A DNA stretch of 53,821 nt. It comes from a virus. Lineage: Duplodnaviria > Caudoviricetes. A program made the position numbers and the translations under genes. Each line of letters begins with the position of its first letter. Within the stretch, counting starts at the first letter, position 1. Under the pieces are notes generated by a model. That model made no database searches and had not been told where the DNA came from. It saw only the letters and a program-made list of their open reading frames with translations. Location of the stretch: IMG/VR virus record IMGVR_UViG_3300006124_000002, positions 1 to 53,821 of that record. One strand, 5' to 3'. Below are positions 44,054 through 52,567 of this stretch, one piece after another.

Positions 44054-44340
44054 TGATTAAAAACATAACCCACAGAGAATTAGTCTTAATCCTTTTGCAG
44101 ATTCATCAGGAGATTCCTTCAAAGTTTATTAAACATTGGATAAAAATCACGATAGTAAAACTTAATAGCTATGAAGAAAGATCCAACAAAGCAGAAAAGG
44201 AATTGGCTTTCTACAAACACTCTTTTGAGTTGATTCAGAAAGCAGAGAAAAAAAGCAAACAATACAGAAGGATTGAAGGAAATAACTTTATTCAAAGGTT
44301 TCTTCAATTTTGCAAAAAAACTGCTCAAAAAAATGACTGA
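44053..44340 (+). CDS. Hypothetical protein, 95 aa (AT-rich)
   Basis: ORF inserted between the recombinase and the exonuclease. Confidence 0.55.
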   Translation: MIKNITHRELVLILLQIHQEIPSKFIKHWIKITIVKLNSYEERSNKAEKELAFYKHSFELIQKAEKKSKQYRRIEGNNFIQRFLQFCKKTAQKND

Positions 44341-45406
44341 CGAACGCAAAGGAAAGCCGTCTTGTAGCGGAATCTCTCGACTTGCTCTCTGTGCAGGATC
44401 GTGGAACCTAGAGTCCACGCTACCTCCACAGGAGGAGAATAAGTATATGCAGTTGGGAACGGATATTCATGCCGTTTTAGCTGGTCAGAAAGACTTTGAT
44501 TCCCTCACCGAAGAGGGTCAAGAAATCGCAACCAGATGTTTATCTCAATACGGTGAGTTAATTGCTCAATTGGACTTGGGAGAACGCACTAGGGAGATTG
44601 TTGAAGAGCGGTATTGGTACAATGATCTATTCTCTGGAGCAATTGACAGGATCGACTTCTTTGGCGAGGAGACAGCACTCATCACCGATTACAAGACAGG
44701 TCGAAACGCACAGAGCAATGCCGCTGAAAATTACCAACTCCGAGCATATGCGGTACTGGTCAAGAAGGCATTTCCTCAACTTAAAACCATCTATGTTTCA
44801 ATTGTGCAACCAATGGCAGGGGGAAAGACCATTGCGGAATACAATAAGGATGAGTTAGCACAGGCTGAAAAGGAGATTGTTGGCATCGTTAATGCTTCAT
44901 CATTTCCTAATGCTCCAAGAACTCCTTCTCCAGATGCTTGTAAGTGGTGTCGCGCTAAAAGCATTTGTCCAGAGGCTTATGGCAACCAGCAAGCCGCTAC
45001 AACAACGCTACAGGTAGCCTCTACCGTTGCCGTATCGACCTTATCCAATGAGGAATTAGCTTCTTTGGATGCCAAGGCCGAGGTAGTTGAGGATTTCATT
45101 GACGAGATCCGAAAGGAACTAAAGGCAAGGCTTATTGCAGGAGCGCAAATTGCTGGACTGTCCCTGTCAAAAGGACGAACATCCAGAAGTGTCTCCGATA
45201 CAAATGCCGCTATCTCTGCACTTTCTGGTACTCTGTCACAAGATGCTATCTTATCTTGTGCAAAGATCAGCGTCACGGCATTGGAAAAGGCAATTGCAAA
45301 GGCAACTAACACAAAGGGCAAAGATGCAAAATCTAAACTCGACGAGGCACTTGGTTGGCTCATCGAAACAAGTGAAGGTGAACCATCCATCAAGCGTGAC
45401 AAATGA
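44333..45406 (+). CDS. PD-(D/E)XK Cas4-like exonuclease (DUF2800-like)
   Basis: GTDIH, SGAIDRI, ITDYKTG, QLRAYA, C..C.A...CP. Confidence 0.8.
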   Translation: MTDERKGKPSCSGISRLALCAGSWNLESTLPPQEENKYMQLGTDIHAVLAGQKDFDSLTEEGQEIATRCLSQYGELIAQLDLGERTREIVEERYWYNDLFSGAIDRIDFFGEETALITDYKTGRNAQSNAAENYQLRAYAVLVKKAFPQLKTIYVSIVQPMAGGKTIAEYNKDELAQAEKEIVGIVNASSFPNAPRTPSPDACKWCRAKSICPEAYGNQQAATTTLQVASTVAVSTLSNEELASLDAKAEVVEDFIDEIRKELKARLIAGAQIAGLSLSKGRTSRSVSDTNAAISALSGTLSQDAILSCAKISVTALEKAIAKATNTKGKDAKSKLDEALGWLIETSEGEPSIKRDK

Positions 45407-45599
45407 ACCTAATCCAGATGATCGGGCATTGTATATCCAATTCAAAGGGCGGGAATGGATCGTCCTTTATAGCAAAAACAATTTCCTCGCAACTCCAGCA
45501 GACCATAGAAGGGTCAAGGAGCAAGAGGTAAGAAATCTGTTTCAGTACCTAACCAATGAAGGATTCATTGATGGTGGTGAACCAGCAACAACAACATAA
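45396..45599 (+). CDS. Hypothetical protein, ~67 aa
   Basis: Likely GTG start at 45396; YLTNEGFI motif. Confidence 0.5.
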   Translation: MTNEPNPDDRALYIQFKGREWIVLYSKNNFLATPADHRRVKEQEVRNLFQYLTNEGFIDGGEPATTT

Positions 45600-45610
45600 A
45601 AGCAACAAAA

Positions 45611-45937
45611 ATGATAACAGGAAAAATTGATGTAACGAAGATCCTCAAGGAAGAACTCTACCAAGGAAAGACTGCAAAGTATCTTGATCTGGTTATGTTC
45701 CCTAACAAGGACGAACTAGGCAACGAAGTTCCCGACCAGTACGGAAACGATGGAGTGATTAAGCAGTCACTATCCAAGGAGAGTCGTGATTCGGGTAAGA
45801 AAGCCCCTATCCTTGGAAACTACAAAGTGAAGGCCGCTAGGAGCTTTGCCGACAATATCAAACCAGCACCCGCATTCAAGAATCGTCCGAAGCCTGTTGT
45901 GCAGGAAGATGACGAGGATTCAGAAATACCTTTCTAA
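45611..45937 (+). CDS. Single-stranded DNA-binding protein-like
   Basis: KIDVTKI...KYLDL...DQYGNDG...PILGN, with an acidic tail ending EDSEIPF. Confidence 0.7.
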   Translation: MITGKIDVTKILKEELYQGKTAKYLDLVMFPNKDELGNEVPDQYGNDGVIKQSLSKESRDSGKKAPILGNYKVKAARSFADNIKPAPAFKNRPKPVVQEDDEDSEIPF

Positions 45938-45966
45938 CCACAACCCAACCAGCAACCACGCACCAC

Positions 45967-46221
45967 ATGACCACTAGAAAACCACGCACAAAGAAAGTAG
46001 CACCCATCTCCCTTGAGGAGAAAGTACTTCAATTAGAGGCAGGACTTGACTTTCAGAATCGGGAGTCAACCCATCTCCTTGAGACTGTTCGGCATCACCA
46101 CACAGAGATCCTTGAGATTCAAGAAAGAGTTGAGGATTTGCTGACGATTGGAAGAATTGTATTTATAGGACTTCTTCTTGGAGTCATCACTCTCATCACC
46201 ATTATTTCTCTCCACAAATGA
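45967..46221 (+). CDS. Coiled-coil protein with a C-terminal TM segment
   Basis: ORF track; hydrophobic C-terminus. Confidence 0.65.
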   Translation: MTTRKPRTKKVAPISLEEKVLQLEAGLDFQNRESTHLLETVRHHHTEILEIQERVEDLLTIGRIVFIGLLLGVITLITIISLHK

Positions 46222-46445
46222 TGGTTCCAAGGTATTGCTCCTGTCTGGAAGTCGCATTCCAGCAGGAGGTTCCTGTCTGGCATAACTGTGAATATATTGC
46301 CGAACGCAATAAACTCATACCAAATGCCGAGGCAGAAGCGAAAGCTATGTCTAAAACAGAAGCAGGAAAGCTGGATCAGAATAGGTTCACTTACCTTTTC
46401 TCAACATTCATGGATCGTGCGGCAATCGAAAATGGACTTGTATGA
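46218..46445 (+). CDS. Hypothetical protein, 75 aa
   Basis: Coupled ORF. Confidence 0.6.
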   Translation: MMVPRYCSCLEVAFQQEVPVWHNCEYIAERNKLIPNAEAEAKAMSKTEAGKLDQNRFTYLFSTFMDRAAIENGLV

Positions 46446-46660
46446 ACTACTCTAGAGAAGCACATGAATACATCAATGGTGAACACATCCGTTTCCTTGG
46501 GGAGAATAATCGTATTCCCTCCTTGGAAGAAAGGGTCATGGCGGCATTCGATGCAGGGGTTAAAAGCGTCCACAGAAACAATTGGTACAATGCTTTTAGT
46601 AAGCTGAATGCCATTGCTTCAGATAAATGCAATATCAACTTTCCTAAAATCAATGAGTGA
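46442..46660 (+). CDS. Hypothetical protein, 72 aa
   Basis: Coupled ORF. Confidence 0.6.
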   Translation: MNYSREAHEYINGEHIRFLGENNRIPSLEERVMAAFDAGVKSVHRNNWYNAFSKLNAIASDKCNINFPKINE

Positions 46661-46994
46661 CCAATTCGACTTTGACTTCTCCCCTATTGAGGAGAATCCC
46701 TTGGACGATATGGCATCCCGGTTTGACCGATTCCATGACAATAATCCCCATGTTTACAAAAACCTAGTCAACCTAGCTAGGAAGTTTCGGGAGCGTAGAC
46801 CAGATGCCGTAGTTGGTATCGGAATGCTTTACGAAGTACTCCGCTGGAACTACTACATGACCACAGAATCCGAGGAGGAATACAAACTCTCCAATGATTT
46901 TCGTGCGGCATATAGTCGTTTGATTATGAGACAGGAACCAGACCTTGAAGGCATCTTCAAGTGCAAGAAATCTGCATACGATGAGACGCTTTAG
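46653..46994 (+). CDS. Conserved-type phage hypothetical protein
   Basis: FDRFHDNNPHVY...EVLRW...YKLSNDFRAAYSRLIM...PDLEGIF. Confidence 0.7.
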   Translation: MSDQFDFDFSPIEENPLDDMASRFDRFHDNNPHVYKNLVNLARKFRERRPDAVVGIGMLYEVLRWNYYMTTESEEEYKLSNDFRAAYSRLIMRQEPDLEGIFKCKKSAYDETL

Positions 46995-47322
46995 GGCTAG
47001 AGGAAACACTACCCGCCGAGTGGCGGGTAAGATGAACAAGACTGAAGAGGCTTATTCAAATACTCTACAAGAAAGGAAACTCCGAGGAGAGATTCATCAT
47101 TGGAGCTTTGAAACAATCACCTTAAGATTGGCAGACAGAACAACCTATACGCCAGATTTCTTTTTGATGTTACCTAACGGAGAGATCCAGTTCCATGAAG
47201 TCAAAGGTTTCTGGCATCAAGCTGGACGCATTAAAATAAAAGTAGCGGCTGAAAATCATCCTTGGTTTGACTTCCAAGCAGTACAACTCAAGAAAAAGGA
47301 GTGGGTCTATGAGCAGTTTTAA
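46981..47322 (+). CDS. PD-(D/E)XK endonuclease (DUF1064-like, possible resolvase)
   Basis: MNKTEEAY...TYTPDF...FHEVKGF. Confidence 0.75.
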   Translation: MRRFRARGNTTRRVAGKMNKTEEAYSNTLQERKLRGEIHHWSFETITLRLADRTTYTPDFFLMLPNGEIQFHEVKGFWHQAGRIKIKVAAENHPWFDFQAVQLKKKEWVYEQF

Positions 47323-48004
47323 TATTAATAATAAATGGTCTGTTCAACAGATTTCATTTTCTGATGTTGAGCCTTGGTTATTGAAACGCCATTATGCCAG
47401 AAGGATTCCACCTATTTCTTATGCATTTGGTGCATTTGAGGGTAATAATTTGATTGGAATTATTACATATGGAGTTCCTTTAAGCTCCACATTAAGAACT
47501 GGAATATGCGGTGAAGAATATGAACATTTAGTTCTTGAGCTTAATAGGCTTTGTTGCAGGAATGAAAAAAATATAGCAAGTAGATTAGTTTCCAACTCTA
47601 TGGATTTAATTCGAAAACCAAGAATAATTGTTAGTTATGCAGATACATCACAAGGTCATGTGGGATATGTGTATCAAGCAACCAATTTTATTTATACTGG
47701 ACTCACGGCAAAAATGATGGATTGGAAGGTTAGGGGTAAAGATTCTCTTCATCATTGTTCTATTGGTGATGAGTTTAGGGGACAGGAAAATAGATCCCAA
47801 AAAATGAAAGAAAAGTATGGAGACCTTCTTTACCAAGAGGAAAGATCCAGAAAGCACAGATATGTTTTTTTTATAGGAAATAAGAAAGAAAAAAAGAAAA
47901 TTAAATCAGTATTGAAATACGAAATAAAACCTTATCCAAAAGGTGAAACAAAAAAATATGATTCAAGCGGGTATATTGAAACTCAAATGCTTTTAATTTC
48001 ATGA
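47309..48004 (+). CDS. mom: Mom-like DNA adenine modification enzyme (GNAT fold)
   Basis: HYA.R.P...AFG...GIITYG.P...LELNRL...IVSYAD..QGHVGYVYQATNFIYTG...KHRY. Confidence 0.8.
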   Translation: MSSFNINNKWSVQQISFSDVEPWLLKRHYARRIPPISYAFGAFEGNNLIGIITYGVPLSSTLRTGICGEEYEHLVLELNRLCCRNEKNIASRLVSNSMDLIRKPRIIVSYADTSQGHVGYVYQATNFIYTGLTAKMMDWKVRGKDSLHHCSIGDEFRGQENRSQKMKEKYGDLLYQEERSRKHRYVFFIGNKKEKKKIKSVLKYEIKPYPKGETKKYDSSGYIETQMLLIS

Positions 48005-48498
48005 ACGAGGAACATTCTGATGACAAATGCCCCTGCTGTGGGCGACCATATGATGAACCAGCAGGAAAGAAGCCTAGACGCAATCTGAAAGCTATTGGAG
48101 AGGCTTTTGATGTGTTCTGGAAGGCTTATCCTAGAAAGACAGGAAAGGGGGCGGCAAGGGCGGCATGGGCCAAGAACAACCTACCTCCACTTGAGGACAT
48201 CCTGGCGGCACTACGGAAGGCTATTGCCTCTCCAGATTGGCAAAGAGAACAGGGCAAGTTTATTCCTCACCCTTCCACATGGATCAATCAAGCTCGGTAC
48301 GAGGATGAAGGAATGGACTATGCGGCATTAAGCCAAAGACCACAAAGACCAGTATTCAATACTCCTGTATCGAATACGGACGCACAGGCATTCAGAGAAT
48401 GGATGATTGAACAGGGTTATCCAGCCCAATTTCTGGATACTCCGTTCAAGGATTGTCCTAGCCATGTTCAGCAACAATATAACAACCGAAACAAATGA
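48001..48498 (+). CDS. Replication initiator C-terminal-like domain protein
   Basis: FDVFWKAYPRKTGKGAARAAW...W..EQGKFIPHPSTWINQARYED. Confidence 0.65.
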   Translation: MNEEHSDDKCPCCGRPYDEPAGKKPRRNLKAIGEAFDVFWKAYPRKTGKGAARAAWAKNNLPPLEDILAALRKAIASPDWQREQGKFIPHPSTWINQARYEDEGMDYAALSQRPQRPVFNTPVSNTDAQAFREWMIEQGYPAQFLDTPFKDCPSHVQQQYNNRNK

Positions 48499-48659
48499 GT
48501 GAAGATACGCAAACAGAATTAGAATCAGAACTACGACTCAAGATCATCTATCTTGAGGAGGTTATCAAAAAAGTTATGGAATTTAACAGTATGGGAAAGA
48601 CGCTGAAGATCCATGAACTCTGTGCAACGGCATTGGAAAACATGGAGGAAACCAAATGA
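48495..48659 (+). CDS. Hypothetical protein, 54 aa
   Basis: Hand-translated; ATGA-coupled at both ends. Confidence 0.55.
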   Translation: MSEDTQTELESELRLKIIYLEEVIKKVMEFNSMGKTLKIHELCATALENMEETK

Positions 48660-48916
48660 ACCCCGACACCACACCAACACCGAGGACGGAAATCTATATT
48701 CTCGACCCTCTTCCTCCATGCGTTCCCGCTGAATTTGCTTGTGATCTAGAACGCGAACTCACAGAGAAAAACAACGAGGTCGCAAGGCTCAGGAAGCTTC
48801 TGAACCGAGCGATTGAAGCCATTCCAGATTCTCTCATGGATGAAGACGGGGGGCTTTACGAGAACACCGAACACACGAAGCTCAAAGCAGAACTGATCAA
48901 AAAAAGCAAAATATGA
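48656..48916 (+). CDS. MNPDT/NEVARLR modular protein, 86 aa
   Basis: ORF track; contains both repeats. Confidence 0.7.
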   Translation: MNPDTTPTPRTEIYILDPLPPCVPAEFACDLERELTEKNNEVARLRKLLNRAIEAIPDSLMDEDGGLYENTEHTKLKAELIKKSKI

Positions 48917-49497
48917 GCGACAACGAATGGCGAGAGCTTGGCCCTGACGAGATCCCACAAACAGGAGACCAATCGTATGACGGCAATCTTTTTGAATGGG
49001 TTCATATTAAGTATTCAACCAAGGAGCCAGCGAGTAAGTTTTTGTTTCCTATCCGCACCCGCCGCCCGTTGCCAAAGCGGGAGGCGAAACCCATCGACAA
49101 CGAGATCGTAAGGCTCAAAGAGATGATTAAAGAAGCCGCAAAGCGTGGCGACGAAATGGCCGAGCATTGGAAAGAGCGAGCCGAGAAAGCTGAAGCACTC
49201 GTTAAACAACTCCACCACCTAGCAAAACTACTACCCGAAGCTAGTAAAACCGAATTACCACACACCGATAGTATGTCAACGAGCACAGACAATTTACAAA
49301 TGACAACGAACAATGACAGCGAGGTCGCAAGGCTCCGTGAGCTTTTGAGCCGAGCGATTGGTCATATATACCAACTGTATTTGGATATTGATCCATCTGA
49401 CTACCCAGAAGGCCACGAATATTATAAAAGAGAAATAGAAGACCTTGAAAAATTAACCCGACTCGCCCCCGCTCCAGAGGAACCTTGCAAATGTTAG
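48913..49497 (+). CDS. Modular protein with two NEVARLR-type repeats, 194 aa
   Basis: ORF track; N-terminal WRELGPDE....GD module. Confidence 0.7.
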   Translation: MSDNEWRELGPDEIPQTGDQSYDGNLFEWVHIKYSTKEPASKFLFPIRTRRPLPKREAKPIDNEIVRLKEMIKEAAKRGDEMAEHWKERAEKAEALVKQLHHLAKLLPEASKTELPHTDSMSTSTDNLQMTTNNDSEVARLRELLSRAIGHIYQLYLDIDPSDYPEGHEYYKREIEDLEKLTRLAPAPEEPCKC

Positions 49498-49632
49498 TTG
49501 AAAATCTACAAGAAATACTGAAAAACATTAGAGAATCTGTATGAGTATAATTTTTCCTCATACATTTTTAGAATGGGTTGCGCTTTTGTTAGGTTTCGCA
49601 ATTTATAAGCTAATTAAACACATAATAACAAA

Positions 49633-50043
49633 ATGAACCCCGACACCACACCAACGCCGAGGGATGAGCAAATCTGGACAACCGAATATCACCATGAACT
49701 GTGTGATGTGGTTGATATGGAATTTGCCCAACAGCTAGAACGCGAACTCGCCGAGACAACCAACGAGGTCGCAAGGCTCAGGAAGCGGTTAGAAAAAGCC
49801 GAAGAACTAATCCGAGGTCTGCACGATGGGTGGAAAAAAGCAAGAAAAGCTCACCTTGAAACCTGTAAAAATGCCCAAGCGGAAATTGAAAAGCTCCACA
49901 CCGAAAATGTCTGCCTTCAGGAACTCATCCAAGAGTTCTACGAGTGGACTAGGCGAGACTACCCAACGGAAGCCGAAGTCCGAGAGATCATGGATCGCTA
50001 CTACGATCTACTAAACCATAACCCGAACAATAAACCATCCTAG
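49633..50043 (+). CDS. MNPDT/NEVARLR modular coiled-coil protein, 136 aa
   Basis: ORF track; contains both repeats. Confidence 0.7.
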   Translation: MNPDTTPTPRDEQIWTTEYHHELCDVVDMEFAQQLERELAETTNEVARLRKRLEKAEELIRGLHDGWKKARKAHLETCKNAQAEIEKLHTENVCLQELIQEFYEWTRRDYPTEAEVREIMDRYYDLLNHNPNNKPS

Positions 50044-50096
50044 TTTACTGAAACACCACAACAAATAGAAACATCAACACCACATTCAATAATAAT

Positions 50097-50729
50097 ATGA
50101 ACCCCGACACCACCAAAATGGAAACGCTAAATAAAGAACTCAACTTCATAGGCTTCCCTAAGATTGCACGGCTTAATCGCCAAGTCATCGTCACCGAGAA
50201 GATCGATGGAACTAATGCTCAGATACGCATCACTAAAGATGGTCAATTCCTAGTGGGGTCTCGCTCTCGCTGGATAACTCCTGATAACGACAACCACGGA
50301 TTCGCTAAGTGGGCATACGCCCATAAAGACTCCCTGATGGAGCTAGGCGTAGGCTCCCACTTCGGAGAGTGGTGGGGAAGTGGCATTCAGCGTGGCTATG
50401 GATACACGCAGGGAGAGAAATTCTTCTCCCTATTTAACGTACAGCGTTGGTGCTTGGAGGGAAGTGCCCCGCAAAAGATGCCTACCGCTGACCCTCGCAT
50501 TGAGAAATACCAAGACGTTCTTCCTGCTTGCTGTGGCCTTGTTCCGATTCTTGGAGTCGGAGACTTCAACGAGGCGAACAAGCAGATTGAGCGGCTAAAG
50601 ATCGAGGGGAGCCAAGCCGTAAAAGGATACATGAATCCAGAAGGAGTGATTGCGTTTCACGTTGCTGGAAATGTGGGATTCAAGGTCACGATTCAAAAAG
50701 ACGAGGAACCGAAAGGAAAAACAAAATGA
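50097..50729 (+). CDS. RNA ligase (Rnl2-type adenylyltransferase domain)
   Basis: FPKI.R, motif I TEKIDGTN, GSR.R, FGEWWGSGIQ, F.LF, PEGV, FK. Confidence 0.85.
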   Translation: MNPDTTKMETLNKELNFIGFPKIARLNRQVIVTEKIDGTNAQIRITKDGQFLVGSRSRWITPDNDNHGFAKWAYAHKDSLMELGVGSHFGEWWGSGIQRGYGYTQGEKFFSLFNVQRWCLEGSAPQKMPTADPRIEKYQDVLPACCGLVPILGVGDFNEANKQIERLKIEGSQAVKGYMNPEGVIAFHVAGNVGFKVTIQKDEEPKGKTK

Positions 50730-50932
50730 ACCCCAACAACAGCATTACCGAGTTCAGCAATCAACTCCTCGACGTTTGCGTCGAGTACCGAAAGCAACTC
50801 GACGAAACAAACAACGAGGTCGCAAGGCTCCGTGAGCTATTGGAGAGGCTATGCGATTCCGTTTTTGAAAATTGGGATGAAGGTATCGCCAATTATTTCC
50901 GCGAGGAAGCCAACAAGCTACACAACAAATAG
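50726..50932 (+). CDS. MNP/NEVARLR modular protein, 68 aa
   Basis: ORF track; contains the repeat. Confidence 0.65.
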   Translation: MNPNNSITEFSNQLLDVCVEYRKQLDETNNEVARLRELLERLCDSVFENWDEGIANYFREEANKLHNK

Positions 50933-50960
50933 AAACATCAACACCGAATTCAATAAGAAA

Positions 50961-51470
50961 ATGAACCCCGACACAAACAAATGCCCCAACTGCGGTGCTG
51001 AATTTGCAACACTCACAGACGGAACCACATTTACCTGCGGAACCAACCGCCACCCAGACGGGTCTCACTCTTGTTCCGACCTCTGCCGCGAGCGCGAGGA
51101 GAACACCAAGCTCCGAGAACTTCTCCATTGTGCGGCTGATGATCTCCAGCGGGATGATGCGGTTCGCGCACAGGCCCAGCGCGCACTTTACAAATTTCTG
51201 AAAAAGGGAGTCCGACTTACCCACGCTCCAGAGGAACCAACTAATCCGACTTGCCATAACACCACGCACAAATTCAGCCATTGCGATTGTAACGAACCTG
51301 TCAGTTTAGATCCTGCATCAAAAGTCACCCATGAGGGGAATGTCCATGCAAAGGATAAACAGCAAACCAACGAGATCGCAAGGCTCCGTGAGGAGATTGA
51401 TAAATTATGGGAGGCTTTATCAGAAAAAGAAGACCGAAGGACGTCAACGGCATGGTTCCAACTCAAATGA
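50961..51470 (+). CDS. MNPDT modular Cys-rich protein, ~169 aa
   Basis: Start at the repeat ATG 50961; CPNCG...FTCGT, APEEP, NEIARLR. Confidence 0.65.
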   Translation: MNPDTNKCPNCGAEFATLTDGTTFTCGTNRHPDGSHSCSDLCREREENTKLRELLHCAADDLQRDDAVRAQAQRALYKFLKKGVRLTHAPEEPTNPTCHNTTHKFSHCDCNEPVSLDPASKVTHEGNVHAKDKQQTNEIARLREEIDKLWEALSEKEDRRTSTAWFQLK

Positions 51471-51874
51471 GCCAATTCACTCAAACAGAATGCGAGCTTA
51501 AAAGGCTTTATGGATCGCATGAGAATAAAAGAAAGCCAGTTCCTGCTCTGTTTGCAATTAGGCTGGAACAACAACTGGAAAAGAAAAAACTAAAATTTGA
51601 ATCACTAAAGCACCTTTTGAAATTACAAGAAAAGTCTTGTAAGAAGATGGGGCAAAAAATCAATAGCTTAAATAAAATAATATCTTCACAGAATGGTGCG
51701 TTAAATCAAATAACTGCGGACGCAATAAATCTCCGTGAACAACGAGACAGAGCGATTGAGATTGCGGATGAGTTTTGGAAAAACCAAAAGCAAGCCGTGA
51801 CCGTTTGGCATTATGAGTTGGCAGATGAGCTTCAAGCCATCCGAGACGAGATCCAGAAGCTGAAATCCAAATGA
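51467..51874 (+). CDS. Coiled-coil hypothetical protein
   Basis: ATGA-coupled; VPALFA..LE...EQRDRAIE. Confidence 0.6.
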   Translation: MSQFTQTECELKRLYGSHENKRKPVPALFAIRLEQQLEKKKLKFESLKHLLKLQEKSCKKMGQKINSLNKIISSQNGALNQITADAINLREQRDRAIEIADEFWKNQKQAVTVWHYELADELQAIRDEIQKLKSK

Positions 51875-52101
51875 GCGACACACCACAGTCAGACAAATTC
51901 GGGGAAGCATTGCGCCACAACTGGATTGAAAACCCGCATTGGGAGGACACAAGGGATGCCCATGATCTGTGCAGGAAGATCGAAGGGCAACTCACTAGGG
52001 CAGTAGCAATCTGTGATGCTATGATGGCATGGGAAACCCCACAGGATGCTAGGAATACATCCAAGGATCTTTCTAAACTCAAAAAGGAAATCAACGAATG
52101 A
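51871..52101 (+). CDS. Hypothetical protein (MSDTP...), 76 aa
   Basis: Coupled ORF, distantly similar to the DT.TP modules upstream. Confidence 0.6.
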   Translation: MSDTPQSDKFGEALRHNWIENPHWEDTRDAHDLCRKIEGQLTRAVAICDAMMAWETPQDARNTSKDLSKLKKEINE

Positions 52102-52280
52102 CCGACATATCCAAATGCCAGAACACAGATTGTCCCTCGCATATTCAATGCTGGAGGTATCTAGCCCCGGCATCAGATTACCAAGCATATGCAGACTTTA
52201 AGCCAGAAGAAGGACAAGACAAATGCGAATACTTTGAACAGGCTGATTGGCACTACAGCAAAAAGGGATTCAAAAAATGA
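52098..52280 (+). CDS. Small Cys-rich protein, 60 aa
   Basis: DISKC....CP....CWRY...Q.Y..F......CEYF. Confidence 0.65.
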   Translation: MTDISKCQNTDCPSHIQCWRYLAPASDYQAYADFKPEEGQDKCEYFEQADWHYSKKGFKK

Positions 52281-52567
52281 AATCACCAATTGATGACATA
52301 CTAAAAGAGATTGGGTTAGAGACTCCCGATCTTCCTCCAATAAACAAGCGGGAAGCTATCGAAATGGGTCTTGTAGAGGGTCGCGAGAAACCCAAGAAAG
52401 GCATTTGCGGCAAGAGTGTCTATCCCTCTCAAGCCAAGTGCAACCAAGCCATCAACCACTTACTCAAGAACGGCAATTCCAACACCAGTTTCCTCCGGGC
52501 ATACCAATGCGACGAGTGCAAAGGAGGATGGCATATGTCTAGCTTTAACCCAAACAAACGGAAATGA
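52277..52567 (+). CDS. Zinc-binding hypothetical protein
   Basis: CGK..Y.S...RAYQCDECKGGWHMSS. Confidence 0.65.
   Translation: MKSPIDDILKEIGLETPDLPPINKREAIEMGLVEGREKPKKGICGKSVYPSQAKCNQAINHLLKNGNSNTSFLRAYQCDECKGGWHMSSFNPNKRK

Larger units (their letters stand above)
48656..51470 (+). repeat. Array of ORFs built from recurring in-frame DNA repeats (MNPDT start module, NEVARLR module, APEEP module)
   Basis: ATGAACCCCGACAC at 48656, 49633, 50097 and 50961 (variant at 50726). CAACGAGGTCGCAAGGCTC-like 19-mers at 48772, 49098, 49317, 49761, 50812 and 51368. 27-mer at 49458 and 51212. Confidence 0.9.

Noticed and set aside
44333-45406. Cas4-like gene as evidence of CRISPR-Cas
   Set aside because: Stand-alone PD-(D/E)XK exonucleases beside RecT and SSB are normal phage recombination genes.
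48772-51386. 19-nt repeats as a CRISPR array
   Set aside because: Spacing is irregular (about 220-1050 bp), the repeats are in-frame coding sequence, and no cas operon is present.
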